Below, one piece after another: positions 8,949 through 18,864 of a stretch of 64,000 bases of DNA (position 1 is its first letter; every line of letters begins with the position of its first letter). Under the pieces are notes generated by a model that made no database searches, had not been told where the DNA came from, and saw only the letters and a list, made by a program, of their open reading frames with translations. Made by a program: the position numbers and the translations under genes. Origin of the DNA: Oscillospiraceae bacterium (GTDB lineage: Bacteria; Bacillota; Clostridia; Oscillospirales; Ruminococcaceae); NCBI GenBank assembly GCA_017436575.1, contig JAFSCU010000008.1, positions 8,116 to 72,115 of the forward strand. The letters are read 5' to 3'.

Positions 8949-9551
8949 TTAAATATGACTGTACATTTCGGTGGCGGTGAAAAAAGACTTTGCTTTCTGC
9001 CACAGTTCCACCGTTTTCAGCTTCAATCGGAATCTATCTGTTTCGTAAATTGTGCCGCTGGGGTTTTCCTCATATTCAGCGCCGGTTCCCAGGCTCATTT
9101 CTGGGTACAGTATACACCACCAGTTTTTTCCTTGTGCCTGGCCCAGGCGTATTGTCAGGGCGGTATACATACCCCGGGGCAATGTTTTGCCGTCTATGGT
9201 TGTGGTGTCAAAATATATCTGTTCCAGGCTGCAGCGGCTGGTGTAATCTGCACACAGGTTTTTCAGGGTGTTGTCGGTTATCTGCTGTATATATTCCAGA
9301 TTTTCTTCTGTTTTAGCCACTGCCTGTTGAAAATTCTGTGCATCACAGTAAATTGCAGGCCACAGCTTTTCGGTGGCGTTTTTCACCTGGTTTTTTATAT
9401 GTTGGCTGACAGTGCTGTCGTCCCGGGCTATTATGTGCAGACGCAGAGTGCTGTTTCTTATGTCTGCGGCCTGCCTGTCGCTGTCCAGTACAAAAACAAA
9501 AAACAGGCAGAATATCAGTGCGGCAAGTATGCTGCGTTCGCTTTTTTTCAT
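8949..9551 (-). CDS. spoIIR: stage II sporulation protein R
   Basis: 200 aa with a signal/TM N-terminus. LRLHIIARDDS.. and ..NWWCILYP.. motifs are characteristic of SpoIIR. Confidence 0.8.
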   Translation of the reverse strand: MKKSERSILAALIFCLFFVFVLDSDRQAADIRNSTLRLHIIARDDSTVSQHIKNQVKNATEKLWPAIYCDAQNFQQAVAKTEENLEYIQQITDNTLKNLCADYTSRCSLEQIYFDTTTIDGKTLPRGMYTALTIRLGQAQGKNWWCILYPEMSLGTGAEYEENPSGTIYETDRFRLKLKTVELWQKAKSFFTATEMYSHI

Positions 9552-9704
9552 AAAAATCTCCTTGCTTCAGAGTATTGTGATTGTATCATTGGTAAAATTT
9601 TCCCACTTATGCACAAAAAATATTGCAAAGTTGTCGCTGTTATGGTATCTTTTAACAGAACTTTGAAAATCCCGGTTTTCCCAGAAAAACAAAGGAAAAA
9701 TGTG

Positions 9705-9733
9705 TTGACACACAGGGGTTGGTATGGTATAAT
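9705..9733 (+). promoter_or_regulatory. sigma-A consensus promoter of the infC operon
   Basis: TTGACA (9705-9710), 17-nt spacer ending in TGg, then TATAAT (9728-9733). Confidence 0.65.
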
Positions 9734-9739
9734 CTTTTA

Positions 9740-9880
9740 CGCAATAAAGTAGCAACAGCATGTGCTCACCTTGTCCTGCAACAGAGCGGGCGGGTCAATA
9801 TTCAGAGTGTACGGGGGACAAATAGCGCTCTCCGCAAACTTATGTTTATTTAGCACGGGCTGTATGCTCGTGCTTTTTTA
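9740..9880 (+). promoter_or_regulatory. L20 ribosomal-protein leader with attenuator terminator
   Basis: A structured leader of about 175 nt lies between the consensus promoter and infC. It ends in AGCACGGGC-TGTAT-GCTCGTGCT + TTTTTT (9852-9880). The position matches the Firmicute L20 leader upstream of infC-rpmI-rplT. The covariance model was not run. Confidence 0.55.
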
Positions 9881-9914
9881 AATTTGCTTATATTAAAAAT
9901 GGAGGTGCTTTATC

Positions 9915-10433
9915 ATTAGTACAAAAAAAGAACTTGAAATCAATGAAGAAATCAGAGACAAAGAAGTGAGAGTTATCGGCGCAGACGGCAGCCAGATGGG
10001 CATTATGTCTTCCAGCGCAGCACTCAAACTGGCAGAAGATGCAAATCTTGACCTTGTAAAGATTGCTCCAACTGCAAACCCACCTGTATGCCGTGTTATG
10101 GACTACGGTAAATATCGTTTCGAACAGGCTAAAAAGGAAAAGGAAAACAGAAAGAACCAGAAAGTTGTGGAAACAAAAGAAGTTCGTCTGTCACTGAACA
10201 TTGATACAAATGACTTTAACACAAAAGTAAATCAGGCAAACAAGTTCCTTAAAAACGGTGATAAAGTTAAAGCAAGCATCCGTTTCAGAGGCCGTGAAAT
10301 GGCTCATTCCAAAGCAGGTCTTGATGTAATGGCACGCTTTGGCGAAGCTGTAGAAGGCGGCGTTATCGAAAAACAGGCAAAGCTCGAAGGCAGAAGCATG
10401 CAGATGGTTATTGCCCCAGCAACAAAGAAATAA
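9915..10433 (+). CDS. infC: translation initiation factor IF-3
   Basis: The ORF track begins at the internal GTG 9966. The frame is open from 9897, and an ATT at 9915 lies 9 nt after GGAGG (9901-9905). An AUU start is the conserved infC feature. Translation I-STKKELEINEEIRDKEVRVIGADG..., 172 aa. Confidence 0.9.
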   Translation: MSTKKELEINEEIRDKEVRVIGADGSQMGIMSSSAALKLAEDANLDLVKIAPTANPPVCRVMDYGKYRFEQAKKEKENRKNQKVVETKEVRLSLNIDTNDFNTKVNQANKFLKNGDKVKASIRFRGREMAHSKAGLDVMARFGEAVEGGVIEKQAKLEGRSMQMVIAPATKK

Positions 10434-10451
10434 ACAGGAGGATTTTATCCA

Positions 10452-10652
10452 ATGAAGTACAAAATTAAAACACACACAGGCGCTAAAAAAAGATTTAAGC
10501 TGACAAAAAATGGCAAAATCAAAAGAGGTAAAGCTTTTAGAAGCCATATTCTGACAAAAATGTCAACTAAGAGAAAAAGAAACCTTAGAAAAGGTGGCTA
10601 CACAGATAAAACAAACACAGCTACAATCAAAAAGCTGCTGCCATACGCTTAA
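10452..10652 (+). CDS. rpmI: 50S ribosomal protein L35
   Basis: 66 aa, [25 protein letters not shown]... Confidence 0.95.
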   Translation: MKYKIKTHTGAKKRFKLTKNGKIKRGKAFRSHILTKMSTKRKRNLRKGGYTDKTNTATIKKLLPYA

Positions 10653-10701
10653 TTTGTGTAAATTTGTTAACTAAGATTGATATTAAAGGAGAAAGAATAG
10701 A

Positions 10702-11055
10702 ATGGCTCGTATTAAAGGCGCGATGATGACTCGCAAAAGAAGAAATAAAACACTGAAACTTGCTAAAGGCTATTATGGTGCAAAATCCAAACACTTCAAA
10801 ATGGCTAAACAGCAGGTTATGAAAAGCGGTAACTACGCTTTCGCTGGCAGAAAACAGAAAAAGAGAGATTTCCGCAGACTGTGGATCACACGTATCTCCG
10901 CTGCAGTTAAAATGCACGGCATGAACTACTCTACATTCATGAACGGCCTGAAAAAAGCAGGTGTTACACTGAACAGAAAAATGCTGTCTGAAATGGCTAT
11001 CCATGATGCAGCTGCATTCGCTTCACTGGTAGAAGTAGCAAAAAAAGCTCTGTAA
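10702..11055 (+). CDS. rplT: 50S ribosomal protein L20
   Basis: 117 aa, [26 protein letters not shown]... Confidence 0.95.
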   Translation: MARIKGAMMTRKRRNKTLKLAKGYYGAKSKHFKMAKQQVMKSGNYAFAGRKQKKRDFRRLWITRISAAVKMHGMNYSTFMNGLKKAGVTLNRKMLSEMAIHDAAAFASLVEVAKKAL

Positions 11056-11110
11056 TATATTAAATCACGCCTTGGCACAAAACGTGTCAGGGCGTAATTC
11101 GCGTTATAAA

Positions 11111-11133
11111 CCCCTTTTTCCAAGGGGCTTTTT
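11111..11133 (+). terminator. terminator of the infC-rpmI-rplT operon
   Basis: CCCCTT-TTTCC-AAGGGG followed by CTTTTT. It is preceded by a longer 12-bp G-U-containing hairpin at about 11068-11096. Confidence 0.7.
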
Positions 11134-11288
11134 GGCGTGTTTGCGGTTTGTCCACAGGGATAAACCGCAGATATATTGTACATAATTCTTTATATATAAG
11201 GCTTTTTTACTTAACGAAAAAACGCTGCTTTGGGCAAAATTTTTTACCGTATGTAGAAGATTTTGCCGGGCGCAGAAAGGTAAAAAAT

Positions 11289-12053
11289 ATGATTAATCTT
11301 ATTGAAAGCAAGGATAACCCAAAAATCAAAAATGCACTGAAAATTGCAAACGATGCTTCTTTTCGCAGAAAAAACGGTGTATTTTTTGCTGCTACTTCCA
11401 AAGTTGTGCTGGATATCATCGATGCAGGTTTTGCACATCAGGCGGTGTTTGTGCTGGCGGAAGAATATGGTAAATTTGCGGACAGACTGCCTGATAAAAA
11501 TGTGTACACAGTGTCCCGGCCGGTGGCTGACAAACTCAGCGAGGGCAAGACAGAAGACGGTGTGTGGGCTGTTTTTGAAATGAAATCAGCAGACGAAGAT
11601 GCCATTTTCGCAGCAGATAAACTGCTGGTATTACAGGATGTGCAGGACCCTAACAATATGGGGGCGATTATGCGTACCGCTCTTGGTTTTGGTTATGAAA
11701 ATGTGGTGGTATCTTCAAAATGCGCCGATGTTTACTCCCGCAAGGTTATCCGTACATCAATGACTGCCAGTGTAAAGGTAAATGTGCTGAAAGTGGCAGA
11801 TATGGTGGCTTTCACACAGAAACTCAATGCAAAAGGCTTTACAACAGTTGCGGCCTGTCTTGATGGTGCCAGTGATCTGGGTACAGTGAAAACCAGCCTT
11901 CCAGTGGCGCTTTATATAGGCAATGAAGGTCAGGGATTGTCCCGCGATGTGATTGAAAACTGTAAAATCAGGCTGAAAATTCCAATGAGAGACAGAATTG
12001 AATCACTGAATGCTGCAGTTTCTGCTGCGGTGCTTATGTGGGAGCTGAGATAA
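11289..12053 (+). CDS. TrmH/SpoU-family RNA 2'-O-methyltransferase (RlmB-like)
   Basis: ORF trimmed to the ATG at 11289. ..LLVLQDVQDPNNMGAIMRTA.. and ..GNEGQGLS..IPM...ESLNAAVSAAVLM are SpoU motifs. Confidence 0.8.
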   Translation: MINLIESKDNPKIKNALKIANDASFRRKNGVFFAATSKVVLDIIDAGFAHQAVFVLAEEYGKFADRLPDKNVYTVSRPVADKLSEGKTEDGVWAVFEMKSADEDAIFAADKLLVLQDVQDPNNMGAIMRTALGFGYENVVVSSKCADVYSRKVIRTSMTASVKVNVLKVADMVAFTQKLNAKGFTTVAACLDGASDLGTVKTSLPVALYIGNEGQGLSRDVIENCKIRLKIPMRDRIESLNAAVSAAVLMWELR

Positions 12054-13144
12054 TGAAACAGCTGTATGATATATGGTTCAGCCATATAATGGGTGTAAAC
12101 TGTATCAACGGCCAGCAGGTTGCTGCCTGTGGGCTGGGACCGCGGTTTTTTTACAACTGCCGCAGTGATCTGAAACAGTTTAATCTGTTTACTGAAAGAC
12201 AGCTGGAAACAGCCGCAAAAACATCTGTGGAAGATGTGCAGGAAATATATGAAATTCATTTGAAAAATGATATAAAGTCTGTGAATTACTGTGATACAGA
12301 GTTTCCGTCCAGACTGAAAGAAATTCCCAACGCACCGCTGGTTCTCTTTTATAAAGGGGATTTGTCGCTGCTGAAGGCTGATTGCACAGTGGGTATTATC
12401 GGCAGTCGCCGATGCAATGCTGAAGGTGAAAAAGCCTGCAGTATGATAAGCAAAGATGTGGCAAAGGCCGGTGCGGTAGTGGTCAGCGGTCTGGCACAGG
12501 GAGTGGACAGCATCGCCCATAAAAGCTGTGTTTCTGCCGGAGGCAGGACGGTGGCTTTTCTGGGAGTTCCGCTGAATGAATACTTCCCGAAAACAAATAA
12601 AAGTTTTCAGGATAAACTGTGTGCAGAACATCTGGTGGTCAGCGAATACTACTGCACATATCATTATTACAGTTCAAACTTTATATTCAGAAACAGACTT
12701 ATAGCTGCTGCCTCTGACGCACTGTGCGTGGTGCAGGCAAAGGAAAGAAGCGGAAGCCTTGCCACTGTAAACAGGGCAAAAGAATATGACAAACCGGTGT
12801 TTGCCCTGCCTGGCAGTATTTTCAGCCCGGCATATACCGGGTCAAACAAACTATTGGTGGACGGAACTGCATTTGCGCTGACAAAGGGCAGCCAGATACT
12901 GGAGTATCTGGGTTTTACCGCAAAGGATGAAGAAGCCATACAGGCTGAAACATTGCCGGATTACTCCGGACTTGACGAAACTGCAATAACAGTTTTACAG
13001 GTTATGGACGGGGCTATGAACGCCAATATGATAATCCGCGCCAGTGGTCTGAAAGCTGCTGTTGTAAAAGCAACGCTGACCTCCCTTGAAATAGACGGGT
13101 GGGTGCATAGAACAGACAGCGGCGAATATATACGCACAAAATAA
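12053..13144 (+). CDS. dprA: DNA processing protein DprA (Smf)
   Basis: The ATG overlaps the upstream stop (TAATG). ..GIIGSRRCNAEGEKA...VVSGLAQGVDSIAHK.. is a DprA Rossmann-fold signature. Confidence 0.85.
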   Translation: MKQLYDIWFSHIMGVNCINGQQVAACGLGPRFFYNCRSDLKQFNLFTERQLETAAKTSVEDVQEIYEIHLKNDIKSVNYCDTEFPSRLKEIPNAPLVLFYKGDLSLLKADCTVGIIGSRRCNAEGEKACSMISKDVAKAGAVVVSGLAQGVDSIAHKSCVSAGGRTVAFLGVPLNEYFPKTNKSFQDKLCAEHLVVSEYYCTYHYYSSNFIFRNRLIAAASDALCVVQAKERSGSLATVNRAKEYDKPVFALPGSIFSPAYTGSNKLLVDGTAFALTKGSQILEYLGFTAKDEEAIQAETLPDYSGLDETAITVLQVMDGAMNANMIIRASGLKAAVVKATLTSLEIDGWVHRTDSGEYIRTK

Positions 13145-13189
13145 GCATACTTTAATGGCGAAAGCTATTTTAAATACAAGGAGAAAGAC

Positions 13190-15304
13190 ATGTCAAATCT
13201 TGTTATTGTGGAATCACCTGCAAAAGCAAAGACAATAAAAAAATATCTTGGTGAAGACTACAATGTTATCGCATCAATGGGCCATATCCGTGACCTGCCA
13301 AAAGGTCAGATTGCCATTGACTTTGACAACAATTTCAAACCGAGATATATAAATATTCCAGGTAAAAGCAAACTTATCAAGGAACTGAAAGAACTGGCAT
13401 CAGCCAGCGATATGGTTTATCTGGCAACTGACCCGGACCGCGAAGGTGAAGCTATTTCCTGGCATCTGGCACATATACTGAAGCTGGATACACAGCAGCA
13501 GAATCGTGTTACCTTTGGTGAAATCACCAAAAAAGGCATTACAGAAGGTATGGCCAACAAACGCACTATTGATATGGACCTTATCAATGCCCAGCAGGCC
13601 AGAAGAATACTGGACAGAATTGTGGGTTATAAACTTTCCCCATTCCTGTGGAAAAAGGTAAAAGGCGGTCTGTCTGCAGGCCGTGTGCAATCAGTTGCGG
13701 TAAAACTGATTGTGGACAGACACAGAGAGATTGAAGCGTTTATACCTCAGGAATACTGGAACATTGATGCAGTGCTGTCACCTGCAGATTCTGCAAAAAA
13801 ATTCCGTGCCAGATACTGGGGCACTGACGGCAAAAAAGTAACTGTTGCCAATCAGCAGCAGGCCATGGAAATCAAAACAGAATGTGAAAATTCTGATTTT
13901 ATCATAGAAAAAATCACAAAAGGTGAAAGAAAGCGTGTTCCGGCCCCTCCATTCACTACTTCATCACTGCAGCAGGAGGCCAGCCGCCGACTGGGTTTTA
14001 CAGCCAGCAGAACAATGCGCGCGGCACAGACACTGTATGAAGGTGTGGAAGTGGCAGGCTTTGGCACACTGGGTCTTATCACCTATATGAGAACAGACTC
14101 CCTGCGTATTTCCGATGAAGCATATTTTACAGCAAAAGGCTTTATCAGCGAAAAATATGGAGACAAGTATGTTCCGTCTTATCGCAGAAACTATAAATCA
14201 AAAAACAATGCACAGGACGCTCACGAGGCAATCCGCCCTACAAATGTGAATATCACACCGGAAATTGCTTACGGCAGCCTGTCAGGTGATGTGGCAAAAC
14301 TGTACAAACTTATCTGGGAACGCTTTACAGCCAGCCAGATGGCAGACTGCATACAGGAAACTGTTTCAGTGGATATTTCCTGTCTGAATCATCTGTATAA
14401 AGCTACAGGCTACACTGTTCTTTTTGACGGTTTTACAGCACTGTATGAAGAACAGACAGATGAAAAGAAAGAAAAAGAAACAGCACTGCCACCGCTGGAA
14501 AAAGACACAAAACTGAAACTGCGTGAAATGGATGCAGAACAGAAATTCACACAGCCGCCGTCAGAATATGCAGAGGCTACACTTATCAAGGCACTGGAAG
14601 AAAACGGCATTGGCCGCCCATCCACCTATGCACCTATCATATCCACAATTATTGACCGCGGATATGTGGAACGCAGTGCGAAAAAACTGGTTCCTACTGC
14701 GCTGGGCATTACTGTGAATGATGTGCTGGCTACCCAGTTTACAGACATTGTAGATGTTAAATTCTCTGCAAATATGGAAAACAACCTGGATAAAATTGAA
14801 GAAGGCAGCACTGAATGGACACAGGTAATCAGAGAGTTTTACGATATTTTCTCTGCTGACCTTGAAAAAGCCGAACAGGAAATGGATGGCCAGAAGGTGA
14901 AAGTGCCTGAGGTTATGACAGACGAAATCTGCGAACTGTGTGGCAAACCTATGGTTATCAAAACAGGCCGCTATGGCAAATTTATGGCTTGCAGTGGCTT
15001 CCCGGAATGTACAAATACCAAAAAAATTGTAAAGCACGCAAAAGGTGCCTGTCCAAAATGCGGCGGCAGAATTCTTCAGCTGACCAGCAAACGTGGCAGA
15101 ATTTTCTATGCCTGTGAAAATGGCACAGACTGCGGTTTTATGTCATGGGAAGAACCTACAGACAAAAACTGCGAAGTTTGCGGCAGTACAATGTTTAAAA
15201 AATCAGCAAAAGGTGCACAGCCTCACTGTATAAAAGAAGGCTGTCCAAATGCCAGTGTGGCCCCGCCGGCTGCAAGAGGCAGAAAGAAAAAGACAGAAAA
15301 ATAG
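13190..15304 (+). CDS. topA: DNA topoisomerase I
   Basis: 704 aa. Toprim N-terminus LVIVESPAKAKTIKKYLG, and three C-terminal C4 zinc ribbons. Confidence 0.95.
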   Translation: MSNLVIVESPAKAKTIKKYLGEDYNVIASMGHIRDLPKGQIAIDFDNNFKPRYINIPGKSKLIKELKELASASDMVYLATDPDREGEAISWHLAHILKLDTQQQNRVTFGEITKKGITEGMANKRTIDMDLINAQQARRILDRIVGYKLSPFLWKKVKGGLSAGRVQSVAVKLIVDRHREIEAFIPQEYWNIDAVLSPADSAKKFRARYWGTDGKKVTVANQQQAMEIKTECENSDFIIEKITKGERKRVPAPPFTTSSLQQEASRRLGFTASRTMRAAQTLYEGVEVAGFGTLGLITYMRTDSLRISDEAYFTAKGFISEKYGDKYVPSYRRNYKSKNNAQDAHEAIRPTNVNITPEIAYGSLSGDVAKLYKLIWERFTASQMADCIQETVSVDISCLNHLYKATGYTVLFDGFTALYEEQTDEKKEKETALPPLEKDTKLKLREMDAEQKFTQPPSEYAEATLIKALEENGIGRPSTYAPIISTIIDRGYVERSAKKLVPTALGITVNDVLATQFTDIVDVKFSANMENNLDKIEEGSTEWTQVIREFYDIFSADLEKAEQEMDGQKVKVPEVMTDEICELCGKPMVIKTGRYGKFMACSGFPECTNTKKIVKHAKGACPKCGGRILQLTSKRGRIFYACENGTDCGFMSWEEPTDKNCEVCGSTMFKKSAKGAQPHCIKEGCPNASVAPPAARGRKKKTEK

Positions 15305-15305
15305 T

Positions 15306-16610
15306 ATGGATAAAAAAGTAAAAATTTTGGGGGCAGGTCTTGCCGGCTGTGAAGCAGCATATTTTCTGGCACAGCGCGGTGTACAGGTAACACTGTATGA
15401 ACAGAAACCAGTAAAATTTTCCCCTGCACATAAAAATGAAAACTTTGCTGAACTGGTGTGTTCCAACAGCCTGAAAAGCATGAGAGAAGACTCCTGTCAG
15501 GGTATGCTGAAAAACGAAATGAAGCATTTTGGTTCTATCGTTCTGCAGGCTGCCTATGAATGTGCAGTGCCTGCAGGTGGTGCTTTGGCTGTAGACAGAG
15601 ATATTTTCAGCGAAATAATTACACAAAAAGTTAAAAATCATCCAAATATTACAATTTGTTATGAAGAAGTAACGGATATTGACACAGATGAACTGACAAT
15701 CGTGGCCACAGGCCCTCTGACCGAAGGCGCACTGTACGACAAAATAAAGTCAATGTGTGGTGCCGGCATGTCTTTCTATGATGCGGCAGCTCCTATTGTA
15801 ATGGCAGACAGCATTGATATGAACAAAGTTTTTGCTGCCAGCCGTTATGGCAAAGGTGATGATGACTATCTGAACTGTCCATTCAACAAGGAAGAATATG
15901 AAGCTTTCTATGAAGCGCTGGTAAACGCAGAGCGTGCACCGCTGAAAAGCTTTGAGGACGACCTGACAGTTTACGAAGGCTGTATGCCGGTGGAAGTTAT
16001 GGCAGGACGCGGCGCTGACACACTGCGATATGGACCAATGAGACCTGTGGGACTGCGTGACCCACGCACCGGCCATCGCCCATGGGCAAATGTTCAGCTG
16101 AGATGTGAAAACCGGGAAAAAACAATGTACAACCTGGTTGGCTTTCAGACAAATCTCAAATGGGGTGAACAGAAAAGGGTTTTCGGTATGATTCCGGGTC
16201 TGGAAAACGCACAGTTTGTGCGCTATGGTGTGATGCACCGTAACAGCTTTATAAATTCACCTGCCGTACTGAACAACACACTGAACCTGAAAGAATACCC
16301 AAATGTATATTTTGCAGGTCAGATTACAGGTATGGAAGGCTATACAGAAAGCAGTATGTGCGGCCTGCTGGCAGGGTACTTTGTGTGGTGTAAACTTACA
16401 GGTGCACAGCCACAGATTCCTGCACTGACAACCATCAGCGGCGCATTGCTGAACTACATCACCACACCTAACAAGGATTTTCAGCCGATGGGTGCCAATA
16501 TGGGTATACTGCCACCGCTGGAAAACCATATCCGCGATAAGCGTGAAAGATATATGGCTCTGTCAGTAAGAGGCAAGGCAGCTATTGAAGAAATTGATAT
16601 GGCATATTAA
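15306..16610 (+). CDS. trmFO: methylenetetrahydrofolate--tRNA-(uracil-5-)-methyltransferase TrmFO
   Basis: Trimmed to the ATG at 15306. MDKKVKILGAGLAGCEAAYFLAQRG FAD-binding fold. The dprA-topA-trmFO order matches Bacillus. Confidence 0.95.
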   Translation: MDKKVKILGAGLAGCEAAYFLAQRGVQVTLYEQKPVKFSPAHKNENFAELVCSNSLKSMREDSCQGMLKNEMKHFGSIVLQAAYECAVPAGGALAVDRDIFSEIITQKVKNHPNITICYEEVTDIDTDELTIVATGPLTEGALYDKIKSMCGAGMSFYDAAAPIVMADSIDMNKVFAASRYGKGDDDYLNCPFNKEEYEAFYEALVNAERAPLKSFEDDLTVYEGCMPVEVMAGRGADTLRYGPMRPVGLRDPRTGHRPWANVQLRCENREKTMYNLVGFQTNLKWGEQKRVFGMIPGLENAQFVRYGVMHRNSFINSPAVLNNTLNLKEYPNVYFAGQITGMEGYTESSMCGLLAGYFVWCKLTGAQPQIPALTTISGALLNYITTPNKDFQPMGANMGILPPLENHIRDKRERYMALSVRGKAAIEEIDMAY

Positions 16611-16622
16611 GGAAGTTTTACT

Positions 16623-17030
16623 ATGAAAAGTATTAAACCAGGACGCTTTAATTCCGGCCAGAATATTGTAGGTACCATTATCGGAATTATATTTGTAATA
16701 TTCTGGACAATAAGTGCGGTTTCAATGGGCGCACCGATCATATTTCCGGTTTTTGGCGGGGGTATGCTGATTATGCTTGTACTGGAACTGGTAAAAAGTA
16801 TTCATAATTTTACCAATAAAAACAGATATTCTGAATTTGATATTGTGGACAGTACAGAAGAACCGGATCCATGGAATCAGAGATACAGTCAGGCTTATGA
16901 CTATACAGAACCCGAATACAATTATGATGTACAGGATGGCGAAAGCACAATCTATTGCCCATACTGTGGTGTGAAATTGGCACCAGACTTTGAATATTGC
17001 CCTAAATGTGGCAAAAAATTACCTTTTTAA
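16623..17030 (+). CDS. small membrane protein with C-terminal zinc ribbon (function unknown)
   Basis: 135 aa. Two hydrophobic helices, then YCPYCGVKLAPDFEYCPKCGKKL. Tightly packed between trmFO and plsX. Confidence 0.5.
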   Translation: MKSIKPGRFNSGQNIVGTIIGIIFVIFWTISAVSMGAPIIFPVFGGGMLIMLVLELVKSIHNFTNKNRYSEFDIVDSTEEPDPWNQRYSQAYDYTEPEYNYDVQDGESTIYCPYCGVKLAPDFEYCPKCGKKLPF

Positions 17031-17078
17031 ATCGACTACTGATGTTTACATAACTCTCTATTGAAAGGAGAAACTGAA

Positions 17079-18086
17079 ATGAAAATTATTCTTGATGTTT
17101 TTGGCGGCGACCACGCCCCATTGGAACCGCTTAAAGGTGCAGCAATGGCTGTAAAAGAAATGGGTGTTGAAATCCTGGCAGTTGGCGATATTGCCAAAAT
17201 GGAAGAATGCTGTAAAGAAAACAACATTGACCTGACAGGTATTACATTCAAACAGGCAGATGATATTTTTGATATTCACGAAGACCCAATGTCTATCGTA
17301 AAGAAAAGAACCAACACTTCTCTCCATGTTGCTTTCAAAGCACTGGCAGACGGTGAAGGTGATGCAATGGTTTCCGGCGGTTCATCAGGCGCTGTTCTTA
17401 TGGGTTCCACATTTATCGTAAAAAGACTTAAAGGCTGTAAACGACCTGCCCTGGGTGCAGTTGTGCCAGGTCAGCATCCGGATGGCTTTATGCTTATAGA
17501 CAGCGGCGCAAACAACGAAGTAAGACCGGAAATGCTGGATCAGTTTGCTGTTATGGGTTCTGTTTATATGGAAAAAGTTATGGGCAGAACACCGGCCCGT
17601 GTAGGTCTGCTGAACAATGGCGCAGAAGAAACAAAAGGCCCTGAAGTACAGCGTGCAGCCCATGCACTTATGGCAAAAAATCCACACATAAACTTTGTGG
17701 GCAATATTGAAGGCCGCGATGTTCTTATAGACCACTGTGATGTTTTGGTTGCAGACGGTTTCTCCGGCAACATTGCACTGAAATCCGTTGAAGGCTGTGC
17801 AGGCTTTATGTATGGCATGATGAAAACAATGTTCAAAACAAGCCTGAAAACAAAAATTGCAGCTCTGCTGCTGAAAGACCAGCTGGGGGCATTCAAATCC
17901 AAAATGGACTACCGTTTCTACGGCGGTGGCGTTGTAATGGGTGTTACAAAACCTGTTATCAAAGCACATGGTGCATCTGATGCGCTGGCATTCAAAAATG
18001 TTATCAGACAGGCCAAACTCTGTGCAGAATTTGACGTACCTGGCATTGTTGCAGAAAAACTTGCCAGTCTGGAGGAAAAAGAATAA
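17079..18086 (+). CDS. plsX: phosphate acyltransferase PlsX
   Basis: ATG at 17079 behind AAAGGAG. MKIILDVFGGDHAP... with GNIEGRD and ADGFSGNI motifs. Confidence 0.9.
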   Translation: MKIILDVFGGDHAPLEPLKGAAMAVKEMGVEILAVGDIAKMEECCKENNIDLTGITFKQADDIFDIHEDPMSIVKKRTNTSLHVAFKALADGEGDAMVSGGSSGAVLMGSTFIVKRLKGCKRPALGAVVPGQHPDGFMLIDSGANNEVRPEMLDQFAVMGSVYMEKVMGRTPARVGLLNNGAEETKGPEVQRAAHALMAKNPHINFVGNIEGRDVLIDHCDVLVADGFSGNIALKSVEGCAGFMYGMMKTMFKTSLKTKIAALLLKDQLGAFKSKMDYRFYGGGVVMGVTKPVIKAHGASDALAFKNVIRQAKLCAEFDVPGIVAEKLASLEEKE

Positions 18087-18751
18087 TGAAACAGCTGGAA
18101 AAAAATATCGGCTATCATTTCAGAGATAAAAACCTTTTGAAAACTGCGGTTACACATTCATCTTACGCCAACGAAAACCGCGGTGGACTTGCCTATAATG
18201 AAAGACTGGAATTTCTGGGCGATGCAGTGCTGCAGTTGATTACCAGCGAAAAACTGTTTACTGAAAACCCTGATATGCCGGAAGGCCGTATGTCAAAACA
18301 GCGTGCCGCACTTGTGTGTGAAGATGCGCTGGCAGGTTATTCCAACCAGCTGCATATAGGCGATTTTATGCTGTTGGGCAAAGGCGAAGAAACCACTGGT
18401 GGCCGCCACAGACCATCCATTCTGGCAGACGCATTTGAAGCTATTACAGGTGCTATTTTCCTGGATGGCGGTATGGACAATGCCAAAAAGTTTGTACGCC
18501 GTTTCCTTGATGATGCACATCTTTCACTGAAAGATTACAAAACACTGCTGCAGGAAATTATCCAGAAAAACCCTGGTGAAAGACTTAGCTATGTGGTTAC
18601 AGGCGAAAGTGGCCCTGACCATGACAAAGTGTTCAATGTGGAAGTGCATCTGAACAGTAACGTAATCGGCAAAGGCACAGGCAAAAGCAAAAAACAGGCC
18701 GAACAGGCTGCTGCAAAAGAGGCTCTGGCACTTATGGGCTTTAAGGATTAG
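18086..18751 (+). CDS. rnc: ribonuclease III
   Basis: 221 aa. NERLEFLGDAVL catalytic signature and a C-terminal dsRBD (..GKSKKQAEQAAAKEAL..). The start overlaps the plsX stop. Confidence 0.95.
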   Translation: MKQLEKNIGYHFRDKNLLKTAVTHSSYANENRGGLAYNERLEFLGDAVLQLITSEKLFTENPDMPEGRMSKQRAALVCEDALAGYSNQLHIGDFMLLGKGEETTGGRHRPSILADAFEAITGAIFLDGGMDNAKKFVRRFLDDAHLSLKDYKTLLQEIIQKNPGERLSYVVTGESGPDHDKVFNVEVHLNSNVIGKGTGKSKKQAEQAAAKEALALMGFKD

Positions 18752-18763
18752 TTTGTTTTTTAC

Positions 18764-18838
18764 GGGAGGCGAAACGCCTCCCCTACAGAGGATGTGGGAT
18801 ATCCTGCGAAACCGTAGGGGGCGGGTTTCACGTCCCGG
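18764..18838. repeat. GC-rich nested hairpin element in the rnc / radical-SAM spacer
   Basis: GGGAGGCG-AAA-CGCCTCCC (18764-18782). CCTAC...GTAGG encloses AGGAT-GTGGGAT-ATCCT (18782-18818). No U-tract follows. Confidence 0.4.
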
Positions 18839-18864
18839 AAATACAGTACATAGAAAGGACAGTT

